Below, piece by piece: positions 47,272 to 57,699 of a stretch of 64,000 nt of DNA; within the stretch, counting starts at the first letter, position 1, and each line of letters opens with the position of its first letter. The position numbers were made by a program, and so were the translations under genes. This stretch comes from Thermodesulfobacteriota bacterium (GTDB lineage Bacteria; Desulfobacterota_D; UBA1144; Nemesobacterales; UBA2774), in assembly GCA_965223335.1 (NCBI GenBank), contig OZ244991.1, forward strand, positions 2,464,001-2,528,000. The letters are read 5' to 3'. Under the pieces are notes generated by a model, which was not told where the DNA came from, did no database searches, and saw only the letters and a list, made by a program, of their open reading frames with translations.

Positions 47272-48492
47272 CTAAGTATCGCTGCACTCCTCGAACCCCC
47301 GCTCACCCTCCGAGCCGAGCCATATGCAGAGCACCTCAAGCCTAAGCTCTTTACCCCCCTCGCCGTTTGTAAGCACCACAAGTCCAGAGCCCTTCTCCGC
47401 TATCCCCGCTACCAACGAGTACCACCCGGGGCTATTGTCGCCGGGGTGATAAAACAGCGTATAGCCGCTAATGGGCAGCTTTTTAAGCGCATAGCCCAGC
47501 CCATGCGTGCTGCCGCTTAAAAGCAGTGCATTGTCGGAATTAGGTACGGGTCTTAGCATTGCCTCCACGCTCTTTTTCTTTAGCACCTTGCGCCCGGGCT
47601 TCTGACCGTCGGTGTCGGTCATTGTCGAGGCCACAAACCGTGCCATGTCCACAGGCGTGGTCAGCAGCCCCTGCGGGGCCTTGGCGCTATAGCGCTTGTT
47701 GGGTAGTTCCCTGCCCCGTCTATCGTACGATACCGACTGCGCTGAATAATCACCCTCGGGGGGCTTAAAACTGCTCCGTGTCATCCCAAGCGGCTCTAGA
47801 ATTCGCGTGCGGAGCATTACAGCGAACGGCTTCCCTGTCAGGTCCTCTATAAGCCTCTCTAGCACAGCGTAGCTGCCCGAGGAATACAACCACCCCTCGC
47901 CCGGAGGCTTTACCGGCCCTACCCCCTTGCCCCCTGCGTCCACTGCCGAGCTAAGTGCCTCGTCCAGGCTCTCGGTCTCCTGCTCTATTGTAAAACCCCC
48001 GTACTCGGCAATGTTGAGCCCGGCTGTGTGGCTAAGGAGCCCTCTGGTGCTTATTGCCTTACCGCTATAGTGATTTGAGGGCGGACTCCAACTGCGAAGA
48101 TATGTCGAAACAGGGAGGTCCAGGTCTATTTTGCCGCCCTGCACAAGCTTCATCACAGCCCAAGCAGTAACCGGCTTCGAGATCGTACCCACCTGGAAAA
48201 CGGTATTGGCAGTCACAGGCACGCGCTCGGTGGTGTTCGAGTAGCCATAGCCCTTTACCCATACCACCTCTCCCTCGGCAATCTGGGCAATCGCTACACC
48301 AGGCACATTGTATTTTGCCATAAGCCCGGGCACAGCTTCATTAATCTCGGCCCTGAGTGCTCTATCCACTTTAAAACTCTGCTTGGATGCCCATGCCGGC
48401 ACACCACCCACCACAGCCGCAAAAACCAAAACGGCAGCCACGATGAACCCGAACGCTTCGAAAGTCTTTTGATTATGCAAGTTCCACCACAA
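47272..48492 (-). CDS. Beta-lactamase-related serine hydrolase family protein (SxxK altered to TxxK)
   Basis: VPGVAIA, FQVGTISK, LLSHTAG, YS, LEPLGM, VVLTN; start uncertain. Confidence 0.88.
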   Translation of the reverse strand: MWWNLHNQKTFEAFGFIVAAVLVFAAVVGGVPAWASKQSFKVDRALRAEINEAVPGLMAKYNVPGVAIAQIAEGEVVWVKGYGYSNTTERVPVTANTVFQVGTISKPVTAWAVMKLVQGGKIDLDLPVSTYLRSWSPPSNHYSGKAISTRGLLSHTAGLNIAEYGGFTIEQETESLDEALSSAVDAGGKGVGPVKPPGEGWLYSSGSYAVLERLIEDLTGKPFAVMLRTRILEPLGMTRSSFKPPEGDYSAQSVSYDRRGRELPNKRYSAKAPQGLLTTPVDMARFVASTMTDTDGQKPGRKVLKKKSVEAMLRPVPNSDNALLLSGSTHGLGYALKKLPISGYTLFYHPGDNSPGWYSLVAGIAEKGSGLVVLTNGEGGKELRLEVLCIWLGSEGERGFEECSDT

Positions 48493-48616
48493 TCGCTAGG
48501 TTATATAAGTAGTTGGAGATAAGCTCACGCCTTTTTGGCGGCTTACCGGTATTAGTAGAAATATTGTACCCGAAATTAAATGTAATTGGCCCCGTGGCAA
48601 TAAAAACTGAACGGGT

Positions 48617-49024
48617 TTAAGCAGTTTTGGGCTTGGAATTCATCAACTCGATCCGTTTTAGCATAAGCTCTGCGATCGAGTGCGCCCTTGTTTTGGCTTT
48701 ATTCGCAATCTCGCCGCTATAGAGCTCATCGGTTGTGGAGTTAAACAGATAGAGCCATCTGGTAAAATAGCCCTTTTTGAGGGGCAATTTCTGGTTTAGG
48801 TCAAAATGCACGTTCATCGCCTTGGCACCGCGTTTATACACCGGGCGGTTAAAGAGCACAGTCTCCCAAAAATCCGCAAGCACCGGCAGGTGCTCGTCCA
48901 GGTTGAGTTTAGCATAGTGGGTAAATATAAACCCTATAAACGGGTCCACCATCATGCGCTCGTAAAACCTCTTCATGAGCCTGTCTATATCTGCTCTCGA
49001 CTCTATGTCGGTCTTTGTGGTCAT
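48617..49024 (-). CDS. Group III truncated hemoglobin
   Basis: DIESRADI...FY...DPFIGFIF, HLPVLADFW, FTRWLYLF. Confidence 0.9.
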   Translation of the reverse strand: MTTKTDIESRADIDRLMKRFYERMMVDPFIGFIFTHYAKLNLDEHLPVLADFWETVLFNRPVYKRGAKAMNVHFDLNQKLPLKKGYFTRWLYLFNSTTDELYSGEIANKAKTRAHSIAELMLKRIELMNSKPKTA

Positions 49025-49115
49025 TGCCGCTTCCCTAAAACGAGTGTATAAGTTTACCAGGAAATTCACAATCCGCACCTCGATTCACCGCACAATTCAT
49101 GTACACTAATCCCCA

Positions 49116-49811
49116 ATGTCCGGGAACTACGACCCCAAAGAGCGCTTTGACGAAAAGGCAGCCAGGTACGATGACGAGATTACTACAGTCATCCCGGGCT
49201 ACGACACACTCCACGAACTCACCATGCATATCCTCTCGGCTCACCTGCCCGACCCCTCCCACGTTATGGTAGCAGGAATCGGCACGGCAAACGAGGCTAT
49301 TAACCTTACAAAAAATTTCCCAACCCTAAAGGTTACGGGCTTTGATGTCTCGGACGAGATGCTAAAGACCGCCAGCACCAAGATAGAGTCACTGGGAGTG
49401 GGGGACCGCATAACTCTTGTTAAAGGCACGGCCGAGGACATAGACCATAAGTCGTTCGACGCAGCCACCTCGATGCTGGTTATGCACTTTGTAGCGCGCA
49501 ACGATAAATTTAAGTACCTGCGCTCAATAGCCGACCGGCTTAAACCCGGGGGTGCATTCGTATCCGCCGAGGTTGTGGGCTATAAGGACGAAAGCGATTT
49601 CGAGTCTCACCTGGGGGTATGGGAGTCCTTCCAGCGGGCCAATCGCGAGCGCACTCAAGATATTCCCGAGACCTTAGAGCACATACGCAACGACCTCGCA
49701 CTGCTTACCCGCGATGAAACCACAGACCTCATGAAACAGGCCGGGTTCAAGGACATAAATTTCTATTTCCGCTCGCTCATGATCCAGGCCTACTCTGCTG
49801 TTAAAGCTTAG
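49116..49811 (+). CDS. Class I SAM methyltransferase (CmoA-like)
   Basis: YDDEI..VIPGY, VAGIGT, FDAATSMLVMHF, LKPGG. Confidence 0.88.
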   Translation: MSGNYDPKERFDEKAARYDDEITTVIPGYDTLHELTMHILSAHLPDPSHVMVAGIGTANEAINLTKNFPTLKVTGFDVSDEMLKTASTKIESLGVGDRITLVKGTAEDIDHKSFDAATSMLVMHFVARNDKFKYLRSIADRLKPGGAFVSAEVVGYKDESDFESHLGVWESFQRANRERTQDIPETLEHIRNDLALLTRDETTDLMKQAGFKDINFYFRSLMIQAYSAVKA

Positions 49812-49937
49812 CCCCATACACATTGACCAAGTTCATTTTTCAATAAAGCTCTGTTTTTATAGATTGAACAACCACAATGAGTTTGTTATAGTAAATGCTA
49901 AGAGGGTAGTAAATCCTATGCTACAGGGGTAGACACA

Positions 49938-51824
49938 ATGAAACTTTCCAAAACATCATTCCCAAGTTTTTTAATTGCTTTACTGCTAGTTACAGGCTTA
50001 AGTCTCATCAGTTGTAAAAGCGGAGACGAAAAATCAATACTCAGTGAACCCGCTTCATCTGCCGAGACTCAGAAAACCGATACTAAACCAACGGATAAGA
50101 CAGCGTCTGTATCCGAAACTGCCGAGACGATTTATACCAATGCCAAAGTATATACTGTAAACGACAAACAGCCGTGGGCAGAGGCTTTCGCTGTAAAAAA
50201 TGGGAAATTCTTGGTCGTTGGTTCTAACGCTGAGGTCGAAGCTGTAAAAGGTGACAGCACCAACGTCATAAATCTCGAGGGCCGTATGGTGCTCCCTGGT
50301 TTGATAGATGTACACGTTCACCCATTGGGTGTAGCAGAGGGTTGGGCAGGTTTAAGAATTAACGAACCGAACGATATTGATGCAATGTTGGCTCAGATAA
50401 AGGAATATGCATCAGCAAACCCTGATTTGCCAGTTATCCGCGGAGAGGCCTGGAACTTAAATGTTTTCCCCAATGATAGCCCTAGAAAAGAGCTCTTGGA
50501 CGAAATTGTTCCGGACAAACCTGTGTATATGATGAGTCAAACCGGGCATTCTGCATGGGTCAATTCAAAAGCCCTAGAGTTGGCCGGCATTACAAAAAAC
50601 ACCCCGGTCACAGAAAAATTTATATACGACAAAGACCCCGAGACCGGCGAGCCATCCGGTACAGTCCGTGAATTTGCTATGGGAGCTGTCGAACAAAAAA
50701 TATCACGAGCAGCTCCTGATGTATATGCACCTCAACTCAAAAAAGTCCTCTCAGAATTTAATCAGTTTGGCTTCACAAGCCTAAAACCTGCAGAGGGTGC
50801 CAAGACATGGGTAGAGGGTGCAATGTATTTGGATAAAAACACCGGCCTCACTGTAAGGTTATTCCCGGCATGGGACTGGCAAACGAGCCATTACCTGAGC
50901 ACTACTACAGAAGAAGTTGAGAAGCTCATCGCAAACTGGGAACAGTACAGCACAGATATGCTCTATCCACGCTATGTAAAAATATTTTATGACGGCGCCC
51001 CCGACAGCTATACAGCACTACTTCTAGAAGACTACGAAGGCAGACCAGGTTTCAAGGGGGCATCTAACCTGCCTAAAGACGAGATGAAGAAACATATCAA
51101 GCGGTTCAACAAAAACGGTATTGGTGTGCTTACCCATGTTTTGGGAGACGGAGGAGGGAAAGAATTGGCCGATATATACATAGAGGTACGCAAGGAGAAT
51201 GGAGACAACGGCACCCCACTGCAGTTCTCACACGCTTGGCTCGCACGCCCCGAGGATATAAAACGATTGGCCGGGCTTAAGGATACATGCATAGATTTCT
51301 CACCGGTATTGGCATATCCGGCACCTGAGATCGAGGGCAGTATGGCACCCCCTATCGGTGACAAGCGCTATCAAACATTTTTTAATGCACGGTCAGCGTT
51401 TGAAGCCGGGGTACCCGTGGGGTTCGGCAGCGATTGGGCAAGCGCCCTTATACCCGATCCAAATGGCTTTCATCAAATGCAGTCCTGGATCACCAGGCAA
51501 GATCCCGAGAATCCCAAGAGCGGGACTCTCAATAAAGACCAAGCGATCACACTCGAACAGGCAATACAAGGGTTCACAATTGGCGGTGCTCAATGCATCG
51601 GTTTCGGATGGGACGAGAAAATCGGTTCTATCGAGGACGGTAAACTCGCGGACTTTATTGTGTTAGATAAAAATATTTTCGATATCCCTATAAACGAACT
51701 CTACAAAACCAAAGTGCTTATGACGGTAGTGAATGGTAATCTTGTTTACGATCGTGACCGTGATAAAGAAATAGATAGTATAGACGAAGAAGAGTTCAAA
51801 CCCGGCACTAGGTATACAGATTGA
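49938..51824 (+). CDS. Amidohydrolase 3 (YtcJ-like) lipoprotein
   Basis: LISC lipobox; PGLIDVHVH, GHSAWVNSKAL, VKIFYDG, FGSDW, GKLADFIVLD. Confidence 0.93.
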   Translation: MKLSKTSFPSFLIALLLVTGLSLISCKSGDEKSILSEPASSAETQKTDTKPTDKTASVSETAETIYTNAKVYTVNDKQPWAEAFAVKNGKFLVVGSNAEVEAVKGDSTNVINLEGRMVLPGLIDVHVHPLGVAEGWAGLRINEPNDIDAMLAQIKEYASANPDLPVIRGEAWNLNVFPNDSPRKELLDEIVPDKPVYMMSQTGHSAWVNSKALELAGITKNTPVTEKFIYDKDPETGEPSGTVREFAMGAVEQKISRAAPDVYAPQLKKVLSEFNQFGFTSLKPAEGAKTWVEGAMYLDKNTGLTVRLFPAWDWQTSHYLSTTTEEVEKLIANWEQYSTDMLYPRYVKIFYDGAPDSYTALLLEDYEGRPGFKGASNLPKDEMKKHIKRFNKNGIGVLTHVLGDGGGKELADIYIEVRKENGDNGTPLQFSHAWLARPEDIKRLAGLKDTCIDFSPVLAYPAPEIEGSMAPPIGDKRYQTFFNARSAFEAGVPVGFGSDWASALIPDPNGFHQMQSWITRQDPENPKSGTLNKDQAITLEQAIQGFTIGGAQCIGFGWDEKIGSIEDGKLADFIVLDKNIFDIPINELYKTKVLMTVVNGNLVYDRDRDKEIDSIDEEEFKPGTRYTD

Positions 51825-51887
51825 GACACACTCAAGAGTGACCTGAGAGCTATCGGTTCCTGACAATATCAAGTCCGGCGGACGGAT

Positions 51888-53132
51888 TCATGGTGCAACG
51901 ATCTCCTCTTCCACAATGACATAGACTTTGCCGTCGAGGCCGCTTATGTATAGTTCGCCCTGCTCGTCGAGCCCGAATGACGAAATCAGGAAGCTGTCAC
52001 CACTCGATATTTTCAATAGCTCCTCGTTGCTGTTTACGGATACTCCGTCGTATACTAGCGCCCATATGCGTCCCGATATAAAATCCCCGTATATGTACTT
52101 ACCCACTAGGTTGGTAAGCAACTGTCCCCTGTACACATAGCCCCCGATGATGGTCTTGCCCTGCCCCCTGCCGTATTCCCATATCGGCAGCACAAGCCCC
52201 GTGGTGTCACAGCCCATGGATGGACTAAAACACATTGTGCCCTCCATTATGGGCCAGCCATAGTTCTCGCCACTCACTACAATGTCTATCTCCTCGATCG
52301 AGTCCTGCCCCACGTCCCCGGTCCATATAAGCCCTGTCACAGGATCGATACTCAACCGCCACGGGTTACGGAACCCATATGCAAATATCTCTTCACGCAC
52401 CCCCAACTGGTTATTTACAAACGGGTTTGCAGGCGGAATACCATAGTTCATGTTGCCCTGAGGGTTGTTTACATCAATGCGCGAGACCTTACCCAACAGG
52501 TTGGTCAAATTCTGGCTCTCTATTGATACACCACCCATAGGGCCTCCGTCCCCAAGCGCAATATAGAGCAAACCGTCAGAGGGTCCAAACACAAGCTGGC
52601 CCCCGTTATGAAACACATGGGGCTGCGACTGCTCGAGTATCACAAGTTCCGAGTCGGGGTCTATTTTATTGGGGTCAGTCCCGCTCACAGTAAACCGTGA
52701 TATCACTGTCCTAAGCGGTATGGATGCAACATAGTTAACGTATATATAGCCGTTATTCTCGTAATTGGGGTGAAAGGCAAGTCCCAGCAGCCCGCTCTCT
52801 ATCCCATCGAACATTACACGGTCCTGAATATCGAGGAACACACCGGCCTCGGACACAAAGTTGACTCGTGTATTAGAGTTTACTACAGGTGTGTTGTCTA
52901 TGACCTTGACCACACCCTTTTGCTCCACCACAAAGAGCCTGTTTGTACCGTCCCCGGCGTTCTCAATGCCCACAGGCCTATCAAAGCTCAGGTTGGGAAA
53001 CTGGTTCTCAAGCGAATAAACGAACTCAGTGACCGGCACACCCGTATCATTATTATCGCTGCTAGAACCGCAGGAAAACGCAAAAAATGATATCAGCAGT
53101 ATTATAAGAGATAGCTTTGTAGTTCTACGCAT
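51888..53132 (-). CDS. PQQ-dependent sugar dehydrogenase (GSDH) family lipoprotein
   Basis: GLLGLAFHP, HNGGQLVFGP, AYGFRNPWR, NYGWP; AFSC lipobox. Confidence 0.93.
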   Translation of the reverse strand: MRRTTKLSLIILLISFFAFSCGSSSDNNDTGVPVTEFVYSLENQFPNLSFDRPVGIENAGDGTNRLFVVEQKGVVKVIDNTPVVNSNTRVNFVSEAGVFLDIQDRVMFDGIESGLLGLAFHPNYENNGYIYVNYVASIPLRTVISRFTVSGTDPNKIDPDSELVILEQSQPHVFHNGGQLVFGPSDGLLYIALGDGGPMGGVSIESQNLTNLLGKVSRIDVNNPQGNMNYGIPPANPFVNNQLGVREEIFAYGFRNPWRLSIDPVTGLIWTGDVGQDSIEEIDIVVSGENYGWPIMEGTMCFSPSMGCDTTGLVLPIWEYGRGQGKTIIGGYVYRGQLLTNLVGKYIYGDFISGRIWALVYDGVSVNSNEELLKISSGDSFLISSFGLDEQGELYISGLDGKVYVIVEEEIVAP

Positions 53133-53370
53133 ATATACCCTCAGTTAATAGTTTATTATTTTTATAATACTCTTCTCTGCCATACTAACATTTAATGCAA
53201 ACTGTTCCAATATACCTCGTTTTCTTACATATATGTACAACTTACCTCGCTTGGATCGGTTAAACGCTACGCTAACTACAAATTATAACGAGCAAATTAT
53301 GATGTGATACGTGCTTCTTACATCTAGATTGCAATAATTTTCACACAATCTAAATATTATCTTGAATCCT

Positions 53371-53392
53371 TTTAGTTGCACATGCAACTAAA
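53371..53392. promoter_or_regulatory. Distal copy of the MarR-region palindrome
   Basis: TTTAGTTGCACATGCAACTAAA, 17/18 identical to 44575-44592, 35 nt before ATG 53427. Confidence 0.75.
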
Positions 53393-53426
53393 CTAATACA
53401 AAACAAATTTGGGGAGGTAGTTAGAT

Positions 53427-53711
53427 ATGAAAGGTTTAATTCTCAGTTCAATTTTTGCTTTCGCCACCACGTTACCGTTTGCAGCTTACGCAGACTCAAA
53501 TATTTTTGGGGTGCAGGCTCCCGCCCAAGAGATAGGAATTAGTAGTCAGGTGAACAAAGCCTCACACGTTGCCACAAGCCCTGGCGACTCACTCGTGCCA
53601 CAGAGGCTTGGTTCCGAGGGCACACCGTCTGAGCGCTACATACCTAGCACAGTAGGCGACAACACATTTATCGTCCAGAAACTCAGCACTGACAACTACA
53701 GGGCAAATTAG
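53427..53711 (+). CDS. Small secreted protein
   Basis: GGGAGGT RBS; signal peptide AYA; weak internal repeat GDSLVPQRLGSE / GDNTFIVQKLSTD. Confidence 0.75.
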   Translation: MKGLILSSIFAFATTLPFAAYADSNIFGVQAPAQEIGISSQVNKASHVATSPGDSLVPQRLGSEGTPSERYIPSTVGDNTFIVQKLSTDNYRAN

Positions 53712-53778
53712 TTTTTAATTATCATCATTGGAATCATCCGTGATAGATCCCTATTACCCAACCCTCACTAGACGTTTT

Positions 53779-53813
53779 AGACCCGGCGGTTTCCTCCCCG
53801 CCGGGTCTTTTTT
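53779..53813 (+). terminator. Rho-independent terminator
   Basis: AGACCCGGCGG-N8-CCGCCGGGTCT plus T-run. Confidence 0.88.
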
Positions 53814-53830
53814 ACAAGCAGTGCTAAAGG

Positions 53831-55372
53831 TTATTCCGAGGCGGTATTATCTCTCTCCTGCCGCCCGGAGCCCATCATAAATAGTGCTACGAAAAACGCT
53901 ACGACCACTATTGCACCTGCAAAGTAGTATCCCGCAGCTATGCTGTTTGTGGTACTTAGGTGAAGGTCTTCTACGAGTCCGGGCCATTTAGTCGACAGCT
54001 CGGCGAGTGCCGCCGTATTACCCTCATCCGCCAGCCGTAACACCTGATTATAGCTCTCGGCATCTACGCTGCTTGCGTACTTATCCGCGATACGACTCCT
54101 GCCCATTACCTCTAGCGTGGCTATGAGCCCACCGATCGCCGCAAGCCCTATCGTCCCGCCCATCTGCCTTATAGTCTGCACCACACCCGACGCCTGCCCC
54201 CGCTTATCATCGGGAGCACGGTTAAGCGAATCCGTCACCGTGGGCACCATCACAATCCCCACACCTATACCCAAGATCACCATCCCCGGCATAATCCACA
54301 TATAGCTGTACTTGGCTAAAAACGGGGCCTGCAGAAAAAACCCCGCGGCCATAAGTGCCGTACCCACGAGTGCAGGCACCCTTATCCCCACACGGTCAAA
54401 CAGATAACCCGACATCTGCGAGAATATGACGACTGCCACTATTATGGGCATAAGCGCAAACCCCGCCTTAAGCGGCCCGAACCCGAGCACATCCTGCAGG
54501 TATATGGCACCAAACAGCACTATGCTTATAAGTGCAAACTGGATGCAGAAAAGCAGTATGGTGTCGGCAGTGAACTCGGGGATCTTAAATAGCCCGACCT
54601 CGATAAGTGGATTCTGCACTCGTGATTGAAAATAGGTAAATACTGCAAGTAGCAATAGTCCGCCTGTGATTGCACCGATTGTATAGATCGATACCCACCC
54701 AAGGACACTGCCCTGTTGCAAACCGAACACAAGCGCTACCAGCCCCACCACAAGCATCATCACATACCTCACACGGATTATCTGGTGCGACATGTTGTTC
54801 TCGTCTGGTTTAGAAATAAGTGTGAGTATGACGGCTGCTAATCCAATCGGCAGGTTTATCCAAAACACCCAGCGCCACGATAGATACTGAGTGAGGAACC
54901 CTCCCAGTAGCGGGCCTATAGCCAAAAACGCATGCCCCACCCCTGCATACACAGCCATGGCCTTGCCTCGCTCGTAAATATCGAACGACCCTATCACTAT
55001 CGAGGCCGCTGCGGGCACCATGAGTGCCGCACCCAGCCCCTTAAGCGCCCTGGCCCCTATCATAAAGTAGATGTCGGGGGCAATCCCGCAGAGTGCTGAG
55101 GCTACTGCAAAAACCACTATCCCCGCTATAAATGCCTTCACCCTGCCGTAGATGTCCCCAAGCCTGCCACCAAGCGCCACGGTCGCCGCAAGCGCCAGGA
55201 TATAGGCGTTTATAATCCACTGTAGCTCGGTCTCGGTGGCGCCCAGGTCCTTTTGTATAGTGGGCAGCGCCACGCTGACCACAGTCTGGTCGATAAGGAT
55301 CATCGAGATTGACCCGGTCATAGCGACCAGTGTGAGCCATCTGCGATTTGTGTTTTCAGTGTCTGGACTCAT
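53831..55372 (-). CDS. DHA2 (EmrB/QacA-like) MFS efflux transporter
   Basis: DQTVVSVALPTIQ, QWIINAY, GDIYGR, WRWVFWINLPIG. Confidence 0.93.
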   Translation of the reverse strand: MSPDTENTNRRWLTLVAMTGSISMILIDQTVVSVALPTIQKDLGATETELQWIINAYILALAATVALGGRLGDIYGRVKAFIAGIVVFAVASALCGIAPDIYFMIGARALKGLGAALMVPAAASIVIGSFDIYERGKAMAVYAGVGHAFLAIGPLLGGFLTQYLSWRWVFWINLPIGLAAVILTLISKPDENNMSHQIIRVRYVMMLVVGLVALVFGLQQGSVLGWVSIYTIGAITGGLLLLAVFTYFQSRVQNPLIEVGLFKIPEFTADTILLFCIQFALISIVLFGAIYLQDVLGFGPLKAGFALMPIIVAVVIFSQMSGYLFDRVGIRVPALVGTALMAAGFFLQAPFLAKYSYMWIMPGMVILGIGVGIVMVPTVTDSLNRAPDDKRGQASGVVQTIRQMGGTIGLAAIGGLIATLEVMGRSRIADKYASSVDAESYNQVLRLADEGNTAALAELSTKWPGLVEDLHLSTTNSIAAGYYFAGAIVVVAFFVALFMMGSGRQERDNTASE

Positions 55373-55646
55373 AGATCGAATCTGTATGCAACCGGTTTTA
55401 CTATGTTCGGTACTTAAAAAATAGACGCTCTGGATCGTAAATTGCTAAGATCGCGGCTTAGATTTATCGGATCATACAACCGCTAAAGTATATACAGTTT
55501 TTTGGGTTGTGCAGAATCCGCGCCTGGCCCCTGACTGCCCGAGCTATTTTGCACTAGAAACAATAGACCGCAGGGTTTCACGGGTCTCAATCGTATAAAC
55601 ATATAAACTCGGCTGCAAACGCCGTAAATCAATAGGAGGTAGTACA

Positions 55647-56102
55647 GTGAAGAAATTTATTAAACGCGCATCATTATTGGGACTGGGGATTGCACTTTTG
55701 GGCACCATCGTTGCGTTCACAAGCCCATTTGCATTGGCCAAAGAGGGCTGCGGGTATAAAGGTCATGGGCACGGTAAAATGGACGCCCTTTTGGAGCTCC
55801 CGGCCGACAAACAGACACTAGTGCTCTCTACAATGAAGCAGGTAAAAGAGCAGAATAAAGCGCTTAAAGAAGAGATAAAAACCACCAAAGAAGCGCTAAC
55901 AGCCGCACTAACAGCCCCTGAGTTCGATGAAAAGGCCTACACGGAAAACGCCAACAAACTACAGGCCCTTATGAACCAGAAATTCGCAACAATGACCGAC
56001 GCCGTTCGCAGCATAGCCCCCGAGTTTACACAGCAAGAGCGCGAGATACTGGCCAAGATGCTCCCCAAAGGACCAAAAGGACCGCGCGGCGGATGCCGAT
56101 AA
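55647..56102 (+). CDS. Periplasmic Spy/CpxP/ZraP-like (heavy-metal sensor) protein
   Basis: AGGAGG RBS; signal peptide; LTAPEFDE; FTQQER. Confidence 0.8.
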   Translation: MKKFIKRASLLGLGIALLGTIVAFTSPFALAKEGCGYKGHGHGKMDALLELPADKQTLVLSTMKQVKEQNKALKEEIKTTKEALTAALTAPEFDEKAYTENANKLQALMNQKFATMTDAVRSIAPEFTQQEREILAKMLPKGPKGPRGGCR

Positions 56103-56208
56103 CATGTATTATATTCTAGACGAGCAGGCCCCCTATCCAGCATCGAGGGTCTGCTCGGGTCTTATCACCACTATTTGGGAAAAGGCATTGCCCGCTGGTT
56201 TTTATCCA

Positions 56209-56781
56209 ATGGCCGAGCAACTCGCTACTGAAGCAAGCGACGAAGAATTATTAGAACTTATATCAACCGGTGCCGATGAGGCTTTTACGGAGATCGTCCG
56301 TCGCCACACCGAGAAATTTTATAGCATAGCGTACAGAGTGCTTGCCGATAGGAACGAAGCGGAAGACACAGTGCAGGAGGCGTTTTTGATGTTATGGGAA
56401 ACCCCACACAAATGGGACTCGCACAAAAATGCAAAGTTCACCACCTGGTTCTACAGGGTTGTTACTAACCTAAGCCTGGACAAGAAAAAAAAGCGCCGCC
56501 CCCAAGAGATCACAGAACACACCGATCTGAGGGATAGCAATCCCGACCCGGAAGCTCTCGCACTCAGCGCACAAAAAAAGGACCGGCTCGAAGCTATGAT
56601 AGATGCATTGCCGCTCGCGCAACAAACCGCACTCAACCTCACTTTTTACGAGGGCCTCACCAACCGAGAGGCCGCCCGGGTTATGGACATAAGCATAAAG
56701 GCTTTTGAGTCCCTGCTCGTACGCGCCAAACACACGCTTAGGACGAAAATAAAAAATTCGTTAAAAGAGGAGGTCGCTTGA
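56209..56781 (+). CDS. ECF sigma-70 factor
   Basis: SDEELL, AEDTVQEAF, FTTWFYRV, EGLTNREAARVM. Confidence 0.93.
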   Translation: MAEQLATEASDEELLELISTGADEAFTEIVRRHTEKFYSIAYRVLADRNEAEDTVQEAFLMLWETPHKWDSHKNAKFTTWFYRVVTNLSLDKKKKRRPQEITEHTDLRDSNPDPEALALSAQKKDRLEAMIDALPLAQQTALNLTFYEGLTNREAARVMDISIKAFESLLVRAKHTLRTKIKNSLKEEVA

Positions 56782-56782
56782 T

Positions 56783-57220
56783 ATGAATAAAGATCGGTTC
56801 CAAGAATGCCTCTCTTTATACGGATCCGAGATCGACAACTGGCCCGAGGACCTAAAGACCGAAGCACACACGACTCTTGCCTCCTCACCCGAGCTAAAAG
56901 CGCTCCTAGATCAGGAACGCGAGTTTGAAAATGCGCTTGGCCAGAGGGCTTTTGAGCCCCCCTCGCCCAACTTGGCAACGAGGATCGTAAACACCGCAAA
57001 GGTCACACCGAGAACTGCTAAAAGCAGCGCCTCTATTATTGACAGCATTAAAGGCTCTTTTGGAGGCATCCCGTTTCTAAGCCCCGCCTACGGCCTCACT
57101 CTGGTGTTGATTGTGGGGCTTATGCTCGGATATGCTTACACATCGTACACCACGGATGAGGAACCCGAATCCATCGAGATTGCCGGGCTCCTTTACTACG
57201 ACGAGGGCTACTATGAGTAA
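56783..57220 (+). CDS. Putative single-TM anti-sigma factor
   Basis: RFQECLSLYGSEIDNWP N-terminus, TM helix, directly after ECF sigma. Confidence 0.8.
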   Translation: MNKDRFQECLSLYGSEIDNWPEDLKTEAHTTLASSPELKALLDQEREFENALGQRAFEPPSPNLATRIVNTAKVTPRTAKSSASIIDSIKGSFGGIPFLSPAYGLTLVLIVGLMLGYAYTSYTTDEEPESIEIAGLLYYDEGYYE

Positions 57221-57695
57221 AACACTAAAGATCATCCTCGTACTCTCGATACTGCTCAACGTGCTGTTTGCGGGAGTAATCATAGGGCATGTATCCACCA
57301 AGGCCTATAAATACGGGGGCCGCCACCACGGGTTTTGGAAGGCCATGGCGGGGCTGCCCGAGGACAAAAAAGAGCTGCTAAAAGACAAGATGCAGGAGAT
57401 GCGCAGGGAAGGCAAAGCTACCAGAAAGGCTATACACGATAAACGAGCCGAGCTCATAGGAGTGCTCACAGCACCCGAGTTCGACGAGACGCTCTTTGAC
57501 CAAAAGGTAGAGGAGCTCCACGAGATTCACGGACAGATGGCCAAGAACCTGGCCGAGGCCACAAAAGAGCTGGCCAAGAAATTCAATCAGGAAGAACGAA
57601 AAGCACTCGGTGTGCTTTTAAAACGGCACCCAAAACACAGGGGCCACTGGAAATACAAGGACCCTCCCCCGGGTGATTTGCCTGAACGAGACTAA
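57213..57695 (+). CDS. Periplasmic heavy-metal sensor family protein
   Basis: SILLNVLFAG, LTAPEFDE, FNQEER; paralog of 55647. Confidence 0.85.
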   Translation: MSKTLKIILVLSILLNVLFAGVIIGHVSTKAYKYGGRHHGFWKAMAGLPEDKKELLKDKMQEMRREGKATRKAIHDKRAELIGVLTAPEFDETLFDQKVEELHEIHGQMAKNLAEATKELAKKFNQEERKALGVLLKRHPKHRGHWKYKDPPPGDLPERD

Positions 57696-57699
57696 TAAT

